From an uncultured bacterium (GTDB lineage: Bacteria; Acidobacteriota; HRBIN11; JAKEFK01): a DNA stretch of 64,000 bases. Below the pieces are notes generated by a model. That model was not told the DNA's origin. It did not search any database and worked only from the letters and a program-made list of their open reading frames with translations. The translations under genes and the position numbers were made by a program. Within the stretch, counting starts at the first letter, position 1; each line of letters begins with the position of its first letter. Positions 28,264 to 38,789 of this stretch are shown here, piece after piece. The DNA is taken from NCBI GenBank assembly GCA_963843285.1, contig CAWJJO010000017.1, positions 65,881 through 129,880 of the forward strand. The letters run 5' to 3'.

Positions 28264-30171
28264 CTACCGATAGCCTTCGGCCTGGAGAGAAAACAGTTCG
28301 GCGTACAGACCCTTCCTTGCAAGTAGCTCCTGATGTGTTCCTTCTTCCACCATTTTCCCTTCATTCAAAACGATGATGCGGTCGGCCATCCGGACTGTAG
28401 AGAAACGATGCGAAATGATTACAGCCATTTTGCCGGCAATTAGATCTGAGAACCGACTGAAGACTTGATACTCTGCTCGCGCATCGAGCGATGCCGTAGG
28501 TTCATCCAAAATTAACACTTGCGCGTCACGAATGTATGCGCGCGCCAGCGCTACTTTTTGCCATTCCCCGCCCGACAGTTGAACGGCGCCATCAAAGCGA
28601 TATCCAAGCATCTGACGGTACCCTGCGGGCAGACGGGGCAGAAGGGAGTCGGCCAGCGATTTCCTTGCCGATTCAACAATCGGTGACGGCACATCTCCTT
28701 CAGCTACCGCAGAATCTGGAGTTGTACCGGATCCATTTGTCGGCAGATCGACATACGACTTCACCTTATCGATCTCTCCAACGCCGATATTTTCATCGAA
28801 CCGTAAATCGAACTCCACGTAATCCTGAAAGATTACACCGGTGGCGCGGCGCACCGATTCCAAATCGTAATCACGCAAATCGATCCCATCCAGGAGAATT
28901 CTTCCTTCTGTTGGATCGTAGAGGCGGGCCAGCAGTTTTGTCATTGTCGTTTTGCCTGCGCCGTTTTCTCCAACCAGGGCGATCCTTTCACCCGGTTGAA
29001 TGCGAAAGTTTACATGCCGAATGGCCCAGCGGTCCGTTCCCGGATAACGAAACCCGACATCTTCAAACGTGAACCCATCGCGAATCGGTCTCGGAACTTC
29101 TGGCGCTTCCGGCCGGCTCACGATGGTTGGTTGCATCTCCAGAAAATCGAAAAGGTCTTTGAGATACAAGCTTTGTTCGTAAATATCGCTTGCGCCCAAC
29201 AAAAGACGCTGGATCAGATCCCGGCTTCGCGCAAAAGATCCGGCGAGAAAAGTCAAAGAGCCGATCGTGATCGATCCGGCCACCGCGCGCAGCAGGATCA
29301 CTGCATATGCGCCGTAATAACCAAGCGTGCCAAGCAATGCAAGAATGCCGGACACGATACTTTTCCGGATTGCGAGCTTTTTGTTTTCTTCAAAGAAACG
29401 GTTGGACATATTCCGGAAACGCTCCATAATCCAACCGGCCAGACCGAATACTTGCACTTCTTTCGCAGTTTCATCACTCGCGCCCATATAGCGGAGATAA
29501 TCGAGCTGGCGCCGTTGTGGAGTCCACCGATAGAAGAGAGAATACTCCAGCGATGCAAAATGCGTTTCACCGATAAAGCTCGGGAAAACGGCAACAAATA
29601 GCAGCAGTAGGAGCAAAGGTGAATACACAAAAAGCGCAGCGCCCAGCGATAGTAAAGTCAGAAAATCTTGCGCAATCGAGAATAAACCTGACAGCAGCAC
29701 GATTCTGCCGGTTGTTTGTCTTCGCGCACGTTCCAGTTGATCGTAAAATTTCGGATTCTCAAACTGATACAGATCCAGCTTTGCCGCATGTTCCATTAAC
29801 CGGAGGCTGGTGCGATTTGAAAACAGATCGCCCAGCAAGCTTTCAATCAACGTGGAAGCGCGGGCCAGCGCATCCCCTGCAATCACGATGGCGATTTCCA
29901 GAACCACAAATTTCCAGAGTTCAGTGAGATTGGCGGTTCCACTGCGCGCTGCAAGTACGGTATCGATGATCAGTTTTCCCACCCATAATGTGGCCAGCGG
30001 GACAAATGCGCGGAGTAGCCGCAGAAAACCCATCGTGATCGTGTATGTGCGGTGCGTTTGCCACACCATCCGGATCAGCAGTAAAGCGTAACGCGTTGCG
30101 ACAATCTTCTCCCGCCATCCAGGAGCCTTCTCTCCACTCCCGCGCGAATTTCGACTAAAAGGATTGGGCAT
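28264..30171 (-). CDS. ABC transporter, fused permease/ATPase (MsbA/exporter type)
   Basis: Six-TM N-terminal domain. Walker A GENGAGKTT, signature LSGGEWQK, Walker B LILDEPTASLD. Confidence 0.9.
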   Translation of the reverse strand: MPNPFSRNSRGSGEKAPGWREKIVATRYALLLIRMVWQTHRTYTITMGFLRLLRAFVPLATLWVGKLIIDTVLAARSGTANLTELWKFVVLEIAIVIAGDALARASTLIESLLGDLFSNRTSLRLMEHAAKLDLYQFENPKFYDQLERARRQTTGRIVLLSGLFSIAQDFLTLLSLGAALFVYSPLLLLLLFVAVFPSFIGETHFASLEYSLFYRWTPQRRQLDYLRYMGASDETAKEVQVFGLAGWIMERFRNMSNRFFEENKKLAIRKSIVSGILALLGTLGYYGAYAVILLRAVAGSITIGSLTFLAGSFARSRDLIQRLLLGASDIYEQSLYLKDLFDFLEMQPTIVSRPEAPEVPRPIRDGFTFEDVGFRYPGTDRWAIRHVNFRIQPGERIALVGENGAGKTTMTKLLARLYDPTEGRILLDGIDLRDYDLESVRRATGVIFQDYVEFDLRFDENIGVGEIDKVKSYVDLPTNGSGTTPDSAVAEGDVPSPIVESARKSLADSLLPRLPAGYRQMLGYRFDGAVQLSGGEWQKVALARAYIRDAQVLILDEPTASLDARAEYQVFSRFSDLIAGKMAVIISHRFSTVRMADRIIVLNEGKMVEEGTHQELLARKGLYAELFSLQAEGYR

Positions 30172-30234
30172 AGAATGAGAATAAGAATTCGGGCGACATT
30201 CAGCAAAGCAGAGCGAGCAATGATCGCGGCCGCG

Positions 30235-31515
30235 TTATTTTGGCGCTTGAATTGCGTATAACGCTTCAAAACTTCGGAGGTATAGTCTCCCGTTTGAAAT
30301 TACAGGCGAGGCTGCGATGGGCTCACCCATTTCATTTTGTGAAAGAATGGCAAACTGGCGTCCGGCTTTGATAACAGTTACCGTGCCATCTCTCGCGGTA
30401 ATATAGATCTTGCCATCTCCATAGACTGGCGATGCGCGGTGACGGGTAACGCGGGTGTGTTCCTGATAAATCTTCTCTCCGGTTTTCGCATCGAGGCAAA
30501 TCAGATCGCCATTTTCGCGGCAAAGATAGACCAGACCATCCTGAATCAATGGGGAAGGGACATCCGGCGTGCCGTGTTCCAGTTTCCAGGCGTAATATTG
30601 CTTTACATTGGTGATGTCACCAATCGAATCCGGCTTGAGTCCAAGGACCGGTCCGTTCTTCGCTGATGGAACGACGATCAGACCTGGAACGGCTACGGGA
30701 GATGCGACAAATCGCAAAGATGGATTGTAGCTTTCCTTCGGATTGAGTCCCCCGCATCGCCAGATTTCCGTTCCATCACTGAGGCGATGCGCCGTCACAT
30801 AATCGGCGCCATGAACCAGCAAGAATTCCTGTTTGCCGTTTCTGTATAAGAATGGGGATGCATACGAATGCTCGCATTCTGCGCGGGCATCGCTTTTCCG
30901 TTCCTGTTTCCAGATTTCCCGTCCCGTCGCTTTATCCAGGGCCAGAACGAGCGATGCATCGGCGTGCAGGAACTGCAAATAAAGCCGGTCGCCATCCAGT
31001 AGAGGAGTAGAGGCCATTACAAAATACAGATTAAACTTCCCGTATCGTTGCTCCAGATTGGTCTTCCAAATCTGGTTTCCTTCGAAGTCGAAGCAAGCCA
31101 GATCGCCCGAGCCGGCGAATGCCCATACATGCTGACCATCAGTGGACGGCGATGGCGCAGCGAAGTTGCCTTCGTCACCTTTCACCGTATTGTTTTCGGA
31201 CCCCAGAATGCGCTTCCATAGAATCTTCCCATCCGTTCCGATGCAAAGCAGAACGATTGCATTTCCTTCGACTGAGGTCAGAAAGATCCGGTCCTCCCAC
31301 ACAACAGGTGTTGCGCCGGCAGGACCGGGGAGGGGGACGCGCCAGACGACATTTTCGGTCTTGCTCCAGCGCACAGGAAGTCCCTTTTCCAGACTGGTGC
31401 CGTCCCGCCGCGGACCACGCCAGTTGGGCCACTGCTCCGCATCGGCCCAAACGGAAATCACAACTACAAGCAGGAAGAAAAATCCAGTTCTTCGGTATTT
31501 CATCTTCTTGTTCAT
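30235..31515 (-). CDS. PQQ-like beta-propeller repeat protein (secreted)
   Basis: Signal peptide, then WPNWRGPRRDG and repeated W-x-x-x-G propeller blades typical of PQQ-like/BamB-like repeats. Confidence 0.8.
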   Translation of the reverse strand: MNKKMKYRRTGFFFLLVVVISVWADAEQWPNWRGPRRDGTSLEKGLPVRWSKTENVVWRVPLPGPAGATPVVWEDRIFLTSVEGNAIVLLCIGTDGKILWKRILGSENNTVKGDEGNFAAPSPSTDGQHVWAFAGSGDLACFDFEGNQIWKTNLEQRYGKFNLYFVMASTPLLDGDRLYLQFLHADASLVLALDKATGREIWKQERKSDARAECEHSYASPFLYRNGKQEFLLVHGADYVTAHRLSDGTEIWRCGGLNPKESYNPSLRFVASPVAVPGLIVVPSAKNGPVLGLKPDSIGDITNVKQYYAWKLEHGTPDVPSPLIQDGLVYLCRENGDLICLDAKTGEKIYQEHTRVTRHRASPVYGDGKIYITARDGTVTVIKAGRQFAILSQNEMGEPIAASPVISNGRLYLRSFEALYAIQAPK

Positions 31516-31567
31516 TCAGAATGTAACCGGCGCCTGATCGATATGCAAGAAAATGCTCACGTATAGA

Positions 31568-31590
31568 GAGAGCGCGAGCTTCCAGCCTGA
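31568..31590. repeat. Degenerate REP-like unit
   Basis: GAGAGCGCGAGCTTCCAGCCTGA resembles GGAGCGCGGGCTTCCAGCCCGC at 14829. It lies upstream of the ankyrin gene. Confidence 0.45.
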
Positions 31591-31621
31591 ACTTTCAATC
31601 TGTTACAATAGTGCGCGAATC

Positions 31622-32185
31622 ATGGTGAAAAGAATTGGAGCACTGTCTCTGCTCGCCTGTATGACGTTCTATCTGTCCTGTCATCCACCGATTTCCCAAA
31701 ACCTGTCGAATGAGTGGGCCCCAATCCTGCACGCAGCTGCATCCGGAAATCAGGAAGTAGTGCAGGACCTCATTCAACATGGAGCAAATATCAATCAAAC
31801 CAGCAAAGCCGGTAAAACCGCCCTGATTCTAGCAGCTCAATCTGGTGAATACGATATTGTGCGCGTTCTGATTCAAGCCGGCGCAGAAATAAGTCACGCA
31901 GAAGGTACAGGGGAAACGGCTCTGATCCATGCAGCCGGTTCAGGATATGCAGACATAGTTCATGTTTTGTTACAGTCGAGGCCGCAGAAAAATGATGTTA
32001 CAAAGGCTCTCATTGCAGCAGCGGCCAACGGACAGGTGTCTGTTGTGAAGCTCATGCTTGAAGAGGGAGTCTCGCCCTCCGTTCGAAACCACTATGGGAT
32101 CACGCCCGCCATTGTTGCAGGAATTAACGGGCAACAGACGGTCCTCAAAATGCTCGAACAGTATCATGCGGAATCTTTTCGTTAG
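31622..32185 (+). CDS. Ankyrin-repeat lipoprotein
   Basis: ATG at 31622, with the lipobox-like signal MVKRIGALSLLACMTFYLSC. About five ankyrin repeats (G-x-TALI-x-AA-x-x-G-x-x-x-IV-x-x-LI-x-x-GA). Confidence 0.85.
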   Translation: MVKRIGALSLLACMTFYLSCHPPISQNLSNEWAPILHAAASGNQEVVQDLIQHGANINQTSKAGKTALILAAQSGEYDIVRVLIQAGAEISHAEGTGETALIHAAGSGYADIVHVLLQSRPQKNDVTKALIAAAANGQVSVVKLMLEEGVSPSVRNHYGITPAIVAGINGQQTVLKMLEQYHAESFR

Positions 32186-33572
32186 TGATTCCTCCCATTT
32201 ACTCAAGACGAGGTTGTGGATTCTGCTGCTCGTGGCGGTTTTTACCGTTTCGAGATGCATCTACTTGCTGATTGGCATACGATTTGACGCAATTCCATTG
32301 TTGTGGTCCTGGCATTACATCGATCCATATCTTTTACAGAATAACCTGTTACAAAGCATCTACTATTTGCATATTCAGCCCCCATTGTTCAATCTCTGGC
32401 TGGGACTCGTGTTGAAGCTTGCTCCCTTGCATCTGGTTTGGATATTCCAATCGGCCTATTTGGCTATGGGGCTTCTTTTCTGCATTTGCCTTTTTCTAAC
32501 GCTGAAGCAATTCGGTGTAATCCCGCCGATTTCATTTTGTCTTGTTTCCTTATTCACGATTAGTCCATCGACGGTTCTTTACGAAAACTGGTTGAGTGAT
32601 ACCTATCCCGTAGCTCTTCTTATCTGTCTTGCGACGCTTGCACTACTCAAGTTTATCAGCACAGAACGGAAGACGTACGCATTTAGCTTCTTTTTCGTGA
32701 TGTCCATTTTGATCATGACAAGAAGCCTTTATCAACCGGTATGGTATGTTCTGATTGCCGGCAGTTTGATTTTGCAGAACAAAGCGCTTCGAAAACAAAT
32801 CGCCTTCTGTTCCATAATCGCTTTTCTTCCTGTACTGCTGCTTTCAACCAAGAACTACTTAGTTTTTGGAGAATTTTCCTCTTCCTCCTGGCTTGGGATG
32901 GGTATGTTTCGTGTCGCGACTCATACAATGTCAAAGGAGAGGAAGGAAGAATTGATCCGTCAAGGCATTCTCTCTAAATTGTCTTTGATCAGGACTTATA
33001 GCCCGATCCCTGCTTATCGACAATTCTTCAGCGGGGTTTCGCAAACGGATATTCCCGTGCTGGATCAGCAAAACAAGAGCACAGGATTTACAAATTACAA
33101 TTACCTCGGGTACGTTAAAATTTCCAGGCTGTATTTTCATGAGACGCATTCCATACTCCTGAATCATCCTCGCTACTATTTCGAAGGCTTACGCTCCTCG
33201 CTCTTGATCTATCTACGGAGTTCTGCCGATTTTCAGTTCTCACGTTACAACTACGGCAAAATTGCGGTTTTCAGTGGGCTATTTGACAGGATCATTTACT
33301 GGGAACTTCCGGATCGCCTCGGAGGCATTTGCCTTTTCGTCGCGGTGTTTGGTCCATTACTTCTTCTGTTCTCCATCCTTGACTTGCGCAAGTCATCATT
33401 TCGTGCGGCAGTGATGTTTATCTGGTTCACCGTCCTCTATGTCACTGTGGTTGCGAATGCTTTTGAGCTTTCCGAGAATAATCGCTATCGATACGAAATA
33501 GATTCGCTACTTCTCATCCTGTTTGGTTTGTTCGTTCAAAAGATGTTGAATCGAATGCGGCGAAAGGATTAA
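32166..33572 (+). CDS. Polytopic membrane protein, unknown function (possibly GT-C-like)
   Basis: The ATG at 32166 overlaps the ankyrin gene by 20 nt. It has more than 10 hydrophobic helices and is AT-richer than its surroundings. Confidence 0.55.
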   Translation: MRNLFVSDSSHLLKTRLWILLLVAVFTVSRCIYLLIGIRFDAIPLLWSWHYIDPYLLQNNLLQSIYYLHIQPPLFNLWLGLVLKLAPLHLVWIFQSAYLAMGLLFCICLFLTLKQFGVIPPISFCLVSLFTISPSTVLYENWLSDTYPVALLICLATLALLKFISTERKTYAFSFFFVMSILIMTRSLYQPVWYVLIAGSLILQNKALRKQIAFCSIIAFLPVLLLSTKNYLVFGEFSSSSWLGMGMFRVATHTMSKERKEELIRQGILSKLSLIRTYSPIPAYRQFFSGVSQTDIPVLDQQNKSTGFTNYNYLGYVKISRLYFHETHSILLNHPRYYFEGLRSSLLIYLRSSADFQFSRYNYGKIAVFSGLFDRIIYWELPDRLGGICLFVAVFGPLLLLFSILDLRKSSFRAAVMFIWFTVLYVTVVANAFELSENNRYRYEIDSLLLILFGLFVQKMLNRMRRKD

Positions 33573-33583
33573 ATCATTCCCGA

Positions 33584-35101
33584 ATGAAGATCAAAGTGTG
33601 GAAATCGCCGGCGATCATTCTTCTCTTTGTGCTTGTGAGCCTCTTGACACGCTGGTTGTCCCTGTGTGTGGACATCCTGGATCTGGACGAAGCGGGCCAC
33701 ATCATCGGGTCCTGGCAACTGCTCGCAGGCAAGCTGCTGTATACAGACTTTGTCGATAACAAACCTCCGCTCGTTTATGTTTATTACGCCCTTGCGCAGA
33801 TTCTATTCGGACGCGGAATGTTTTCCGTCCATCTTATGACGGCGCTGGTGACGATTCCAGCAATCGCCTTAGGGATATATACGTTCTTTGACCGCAGCTC
33901 CACCGGTGTTTACGCCGCCTTTATTTTTCTTTTCTACAGCGCCTCTTTTCTGGCGCACGATATGCTGGCGGCCAATACTGAGCTGCTGATGATTTTGCCC
34001 GGGACCTGGGCCCTCACTTTTGTAAACACTCGCGAGAAGGGAATGCAAGCCCATAAAGTCGCTCTGGCATCTTTTCTCATCGGAGTTGGCGTTCTTTTCA
34101 AACATCAAATCGCGTTCTGGCTTCCTGCTATCGCTGTCGCAAATAGTATCGAATGTATTAGAAGGAAACTCTACGCAAAGTGGTTTACTCTTGGTTTCGT
34201 CATGGCTCTCAGCTTTTTGATGCCGCTGATAGCGACGTATGCCGTATTCCGATTCTTTGGCGGGGCGGAGGCCTTCTTCCATTGGACGGTCACGAACAAT
34301 ATTTTCTATGCCGCCAATCCGATTTCGTTTCGCGAAGCGACAGGCCGGGTGGCCAGTTATCTGGTACCGTTCGTGCTGGTGACGGCGCCTCTCTGGTTTT
34401 ACGGTTCTAGATCATCTCGACTGCATGAGTCCGGCTACCGGAGCGTGCTGGTTTCCTGCTTGATCGTGTTTTCGATCCCTGCCGTTTTCATCGGATTTCG
34501 CTTCTTTCCTCACTATTTCATTCAGTTTTACGTCCCGCTCACCCTTGCGGCGGCGCCGTGCGTGTCCGCACTGTTTTCGGAAGGAAAGGGACGTCGCTTC
34601 GCCCTCTACTCCGTAAGCTTGTTCCTGCTGTGCAACATCGTGAATGCCATCCTGTACTTCAGTGACATAGCCGTATACCGGGAGCGAGATCCTGTCTACA
34701 GAAACGTAGCGCGGGTGCTGAAACGCAGTCCTTGTTACACGGGTGCGACTCTCTTTGTATGGGGTTATGCCCCGATGTTTTACTATTACGCTGAAATGAC
34801 GCCAGCCTCGCGCTTTGCCCTCTTGTCTCATGGAGGATTAACCGGCTATGTTCCTGGAAATCTTCAAATCATTCGGAATCGACAAAATGCCGACGGTCCG
34901 AAAAGCTGGAAGCTCTTGATGGAAGATCTTGAAAAGAACCGTTGCACCTTCATTCTGGATACCTCGCCCGCGGCGATTTACCGGTGGGACCGGTATCCGC
35001 TGAAGGATTATCCGCTGCTCAATGATTATGTGAGCCAAAATTTTGAGCTCATTTCAACAGTCGACCAGGTAGCGATCTATCAGCGCCTTCATTGCCATTG
35101 A
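33584..35101 (+). CDS. GT-C fold glycosyltransferase (ArnT/PMT, GT39/GT83-like)
   Basis: The first loop carries the acidic motif DILDLDEAGH after TM1, followed by more than 10 TM helices and a soluble C-terminal domain. Confidence 0.65.
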   Translation: MKIKVWKSPAIILLFVLVSLLTRWLSLCVDILDLDEAGHIIGSWQLLAGKLLYTDFVDNKPPLVYVYYALAQILFGRGMFSVHLMTALVTIPAIALGIYTFFDRSSTGVYAAFIFLFYSASFLAHDMLAANTELLMILPGTWALTFVNTREKGMQAHKVALASFLIGVGVLFKHQIAFWLPAIAVANSIECIRRKLYAKWFTLGFVMALSFLMPLIATYAVFRFFGGAEAFFHWTVTNNIFYAANPISFREATGRVASYLVPFVLVTAPLWFYGSRSSRLHESGYRSVLVSCLIVFSIPAVFIGFRFFPHYFIQFYVPLTLAAAPCVSALFSEGKGRRFALYSVSLFLLCNIVNAILYFSDIAVYRERDPVYRNVARVLKRSPCYTGATLFVWGYAPMFYYYAEMTPASRFALLSHGGLTGYVPGNLQIIRNRQNADGPKSWKLLMEDLEKNRCTFILDTSPAAIYRWDRYPLKDYPLLNDYVSQNFELISTVDQVAIYQRLHCH

Positions 35102-35168
35102 ACGGCTTCCAACCGGGGCATCTTGTTTCCCGGCATGGGAAGCGTTAAACTTTTCCATCGAATTGGGC

Positions 35169-35675
35169 ATGATGAATACAAGCGCCATCCATATGTTTAC
35201 CGAATTCAACCGGTGGGCGAACGCGCGCCTGTTGAATGCCGTTGCTGCATTGACCCCGGAACAGTACAACAAGGATCTCAACAGCAGCTATCGTTCGGTG
35301 CGACAGACTCTATTTCATATCCTGGGCGCCGAATGGATCTGGTTGATGCGCTGGAAGGGAATTTCTCCGACGGCGGCTCCTGATCCAAATGAGTTTCCAA
35401 CGTTCGAATCCCTGAAGGAGTGGTGGCATGGAATCGAAATGGATCAAACCAACTTTCTTTCCAAGATCTCAGATGAAGGTCTTCAAGAAGTCGTTTTTTA
35501 CGAGACAATCAGTGGGGCAAGCTGGCACCATCCGCTGTGGCAGATGATCTATCATCAGGTCAATCATTCCACTTATCACAGAGGGCAGTTGGTTTCCTTG
35601 CTTCGTCAGTTGGGAGCGCAGGGAGTTTCGCTGGACTTTATTTACTTTGCGAACGAAAAGCAAAACGCCGGTTAA
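35169..35675 (+). CDS. DinB family protein
   Basis: FNRWANARLL...HILGAEWIW...HQVNHSTYHRGQL (DinB/YfiT His triad pattern). Confidence 0.85.
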   Translation: MMNTSAIHMFTEFNRWANARLLNAVAALTPEQYNKDLNSSYRSVRQTLFHILGAEWIWLMRWKGISPTAAPDPNEFPTFESLKEWWHGIEMDQTNFLSKISDEGLQEVVFYETISGASWHHPLWQMIYHQVNHSTYHRGQLVSLLRQLGAQGVSLDFIYFANEKQNAG

Positions 35676-35682
35676 GAAGTTC

Positions 35683-36885
35683 TTACAAACCTTTCTTTAA
35701 AATAATATCTCCGTTGATCGTCTCGATTCTGATTCTGTGTTGACCGCCCGCTTCTGGACTCTTTCCATAGATGTATTTTCGGGGGGTGCCTTCCTCATCA
35801 TCCCATTTGTCGGTTTCATCCAGTTGAACTGGAAAATCACTGATGATCCGGTACTGGTTCCGCGAATGGGTTGTGTAAGCCAATCTCAAATCCAATGTCA
35901 CGGAAAGTCCGGCCGGCAAGGTAACTTCGATATCTCCACTCTTTGAGCTGATGTTTACGTCTCGCTTTCCCTGTGATGGATTTCCCGTCATGACTGCAAC
36001 GACATCTCCGCCCATCGTGTGCGCATCAATCCATCCATTAATCTTATCGATATGAATATCGCCGCCCATCGTAGATGCTTTTATATGATCGGCAGCCGAA
36101 GAGACATGAATATCGCCACCCATGGTTTCGAGATCTGCGCCCGAAGGAGCGTCTGAAATCTCCAGGTCGCCGCCCATGGTAGTCATTTTTGTTTCCTTCA
36201 TTTCGGCGGCGTCCGGTTTCTTTTTCACATTCTTGTATTCGACAGTTCCGCCCATCGAAGATCCTTTCAGTTCTCCTGTAACGTCCTGAATCAGCACGCG
36301 GCCGCCCATCGTGTGCACCTTGCCGTCCACAACGGAGTCTGTGAGCGTGATGTTTCCTCCCATCGTGCTGATGGAAAGATTTCCTTTCAATCCGCTCAGT
36401 TCCAGCTTTCCACCCATGGTGGTTCCTTCAATCTTGCCTTCCACGTTATCAATATTGATACTGCCTCCACTGGTCTGGATATCGAGATTGAAACGCGCGG
36501 GCACTCGAATATCCAGATCAATCCTGGCACGTTGTGAGTCTCGCCGGCTCAAGAACTCCGAAGTAATTTCGACGCCTGAGTCAGATTCAGTGACGTCGAA
36601 TGTGCAGTCTTCCGGATAGCATCCTCCGACTTCGCCGTTCACAGAAACGATTTCCTTTTCCCAGCCTGTAATTTGAAGTGATCCGCCCGTTTCGAGATCG
36701 ATCATCAATTGCTTTCCCATCGGGACTTGGAATTCCTTCTGGATCGAATTCGAGGAGGAAATGGAATCAGTAGAGCTTACTTTTGCGAGCAGGACGGGAC
36801 GCGGCGATTCGGAGACAGCCGTCCATACTGAATGAAATAGAGAAAGAATCGTTGTGAAAAGAAAAACAAATTGATGCAGACTCAT
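35683..36885 (-). CDS. DUF4097-type repeat protein (putative adhesin-like beta-strand repeats)
   Basis: Signal peptide, then many repeats of the (T/S)MGG(D/N)(I/L) unit. Confidence 0.8.
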   Translation of the reverse strand: MSLHQFVFLFTTILSLFHSVWTAVSESPRPVLLAKVSSTDSISSSNSIQKEFQVPMGKQLMIDLETGGSLQITGWEKEIVSVNGEVGGCYPEDCTFDVTESDSGVEITSEFLSRRDSQRARIDLDIRVPARFNLDIQTSGGSINIDNVEGKIEGTTMGGKLELSGLKGNLSISTMGGNITLTDSVVDGKVHTMGGRVLIQDVTGELKGSSMGGTVEYKNVKKKPDAAEMKETKMTTMGGDLEISDAPSGADLETMGGDIHVSSAADHIKASTMGGDIHIDKINGWIDAHTMGGDVVAVMTGNPSQGKRDVNISSKSGDIEVTLPAGLSVTLDLRLAYTTHSRNQYRIISDFPVQLDETDKWDDEEGTPRKYIYGKSPEAGGQHRIRIETINGDIILKKGL

Positions 36886-36949
36886 TCAACACCTCTTCTC
36901 CTCATTTAGACGGAATGAAGTGAAAAAGGTTGGCTTCCGGCCCTCGATC

Positions 36950-37903
36950 TTAATTCTTAGGCAAAGCCGGGAATTTTTCTACCTTATGCCGAATCGGAGA
37001 GACAGTTCTCAGATAATCGTAAATCGCGCCAAGATCCTCCTCGGTGATTCCGGAAAAATCGATCCAGGGCATAACGGTGTTCCGCTCGTCGGTCAATGCA
37101 ATTTGACGCATCTCAGGAGCTGTGTACTTCTTGAAAGCCGCGATAAAGTCCTGTTTGGACCACTTTCCGATTCCGGTTTCAGGGTCCGGGGTGATGTTGG
37201 CAGATCGGACTATTTCAAAATTTCGACCTCCCGAAAACATCATGCCGGGAAGAGGCTGATCGTGTTCATCGGTGGGTGTATGACATGCCTTGCAATTCGC
37301 AATGGTCGTAAGATATCTGCCGTAGTTCGATTGCACTTGAGGATCCGGAGCCGCCGGATGAGGGATGGTACGCACAATCAAGTTCAACGGAAAATCCAGC
37401 CTGGTTCTCGGAACTTCATGCGCAATCGGCTTCAGGGACCGGATGTATGCAATGACGGCATACAGATCTTCCTGCTTGAACTGTGAAAATTCCTGATAAG
37501 ACATAATCGGAAACAGAGGATCTCCATTTCGATTGATCCCAGATACGATCGCGCGCGCGATCTCTCCATCACTCCAGTCTTTCAAACCAAATGGAGTGAT
37601 GTTCGGCGCATATAGCTCGCCTAGACCTTCTCTTTTCAAAAACAGCGCGCCTTGACCTTCTGTTCCGGCAATAACGGGGGATCCATACGCTTTTAGATTT
37701 CTGTCAGAGTGACAATGAAGGCAGGGGACTAAGTGATTTGCGATGTACGCTCCTCGCTGGAGAAGTTCAGGCGTTGGCTGTACGGTAATCTGTGGAGGCG
37801 CCTCTTTCCTGGGAAACTTGATGAAGAGAAAAAGAAGCGCGCCTGCGGCAAGCACGATCAAAACGCAGATTAAAATTCCAACGACTTTTAGAAGCTGTTT
37901 CAC
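36950..37903 (-). CDS. Membrane-anchored dihaem c-type cytochrome
   Basis: GTG start, N-terminal TM helix, and two CxxCH motifs (CLHCH, CKACH). Confidence 0.8.
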   Translation of the reverse strand: MKQLLKVVGILICVLIVLAAGALLFLFIKFPRKEAPPQITVQPTPELLQRGAYIANHLVPCLHCHSDRNLKAYGSPVIAGTEGQGALFLKREGLGELYAPNITPFGLKDWSDGEIARAIVSGINRNGDPLFPIMSYQEFSQFKQEDLYAVIAYIRSLKPIAHEVPRTRLDFPLNLIVRTIPHPAAPDPQVQSNYGRYLTTIANCKACHTPTDEHDQPLPGMMFSGGRNFEIVRSANITPDPETGIGKWSKQDFIAAFKKYTAPEMRQIALTDERNTVMPWIDFSGITEEDLGAIYDYLRTVSPIRHKVEKFPALPKN

Positions 37904-37925
37904 GATTCCCCCGAGTGCGTGTTTG

Positions 37926-38789
37926 CTATTCTTTTCGTTTCATCAGGACCATGCCGGCCTTTCTGAAACCTTCGCGGTTCTTTTTGGGAGCGAGCAGGGC
38001 AAGCACTTGCCAGACACGACTGAACGGCATCAGACGGTTCAGGCGCGTGCCTTCATCGATGGTGGGACGGAACTCTGCAACCTCCCATCCGAGGCGGGTG
38101 AAGAAATCCACTCCTTCCTCAGGTGCGAATTGCATCTTCACACCTGCGGCAGCAAGCATCTTTCCAAATCGTTTCTGGAGCCATTCCAAAAGAATGGGTG
38201 ATGCGATATCGGCTATCCAGAAACGAAAGTTCGAGTAGGACGCCAGGTCTGTGGCAAGCGAAGTCACCTGATCCGCAGGCAAATAGACAAGGAGGCCTTC
38301 CGTAATCACAAAAACCCGTTTCGACTCGGCGTCGATTCGTGCGAATAAATCTCGCCGTGCAGCAACATCCGAAAGATCCAGTTTTACGCGTTCCAGTTTG
38401 CAGACAGGTTGCTGGCCGCTCAATTTTTCTTCTTTGAAATTCAAAATTCCCGGCAGATCCACTTCAATCCATCGAAGCGTTTGAGGAAGCGACAAACGAT
38501 AGGGTCGTGTATCGAGTCCTGCAGCCAGGTTGAGGACCGTATCCACGTTGTCGTTTCGGATGGCCTTCAGCAGAAGCTCATCGATCACGCACGTGCGCAC
38601 GATCATAGCCCAGGCGGAGGATTTCGCCCACGGCATTTTTTCGACGATTTCTTCGCCACGATTGCCGGCAAGCATTCGCGCATAGGGATCGTGAAAGTGC
38701 GCATCGGGACGTTCGCTCTCCATGGCACGGTACACCGCGACCCACATCGCGGTATCCGAAATATTTTCAATCGGCTTGTCTGTACTCAT
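37926..38789 (-). CDS. Class I SAM-dependent methyltransferase (leucine carboxyl / O-methyltransferase-like family)
   Basis: ATG at 38789. DTAMWVAVYRAMESERPDAHFHDPYA and LNLAAGLDTR are typical of this family. Confidence 0.8.
   Translation of the reverse strand: MSTDKPIENISDTAMWVAVYRAMESERPDAHFHDPYARMLAGNRGEEIVEKMPWAKSSAWAMIVRTCVIDELLLKAIRNDNVDTVLNLAAGLDTRPYRLSLPQTLRWIEVDLPGILNFKEEKLSGQQPVCKLERVKLDLSDVAARRDLFARIDAESKRVFVITEGLLVYLPADQVTSLATDLASYSNFRFWIADIASPILLEWLQKRFGKMLAAAGVKMQFAPEEGVDFFTRLGWEVAEFRPTIDEGTRLNRLMPFSRVWQVLALLAPKKNREGFRKAGMVLMKRKE

Noticed and set aside
35990-36480. Periodic recurrence of CCGCCCATCG-like DNA that could be mistaken for a tandem DNA repeat.
   Set aside because: The spacing is irregular and follows the protein-level (T/S)MGG(D/N)I repeats of the DUF4097 protein, so it is coding repetition rather than a DNA element.
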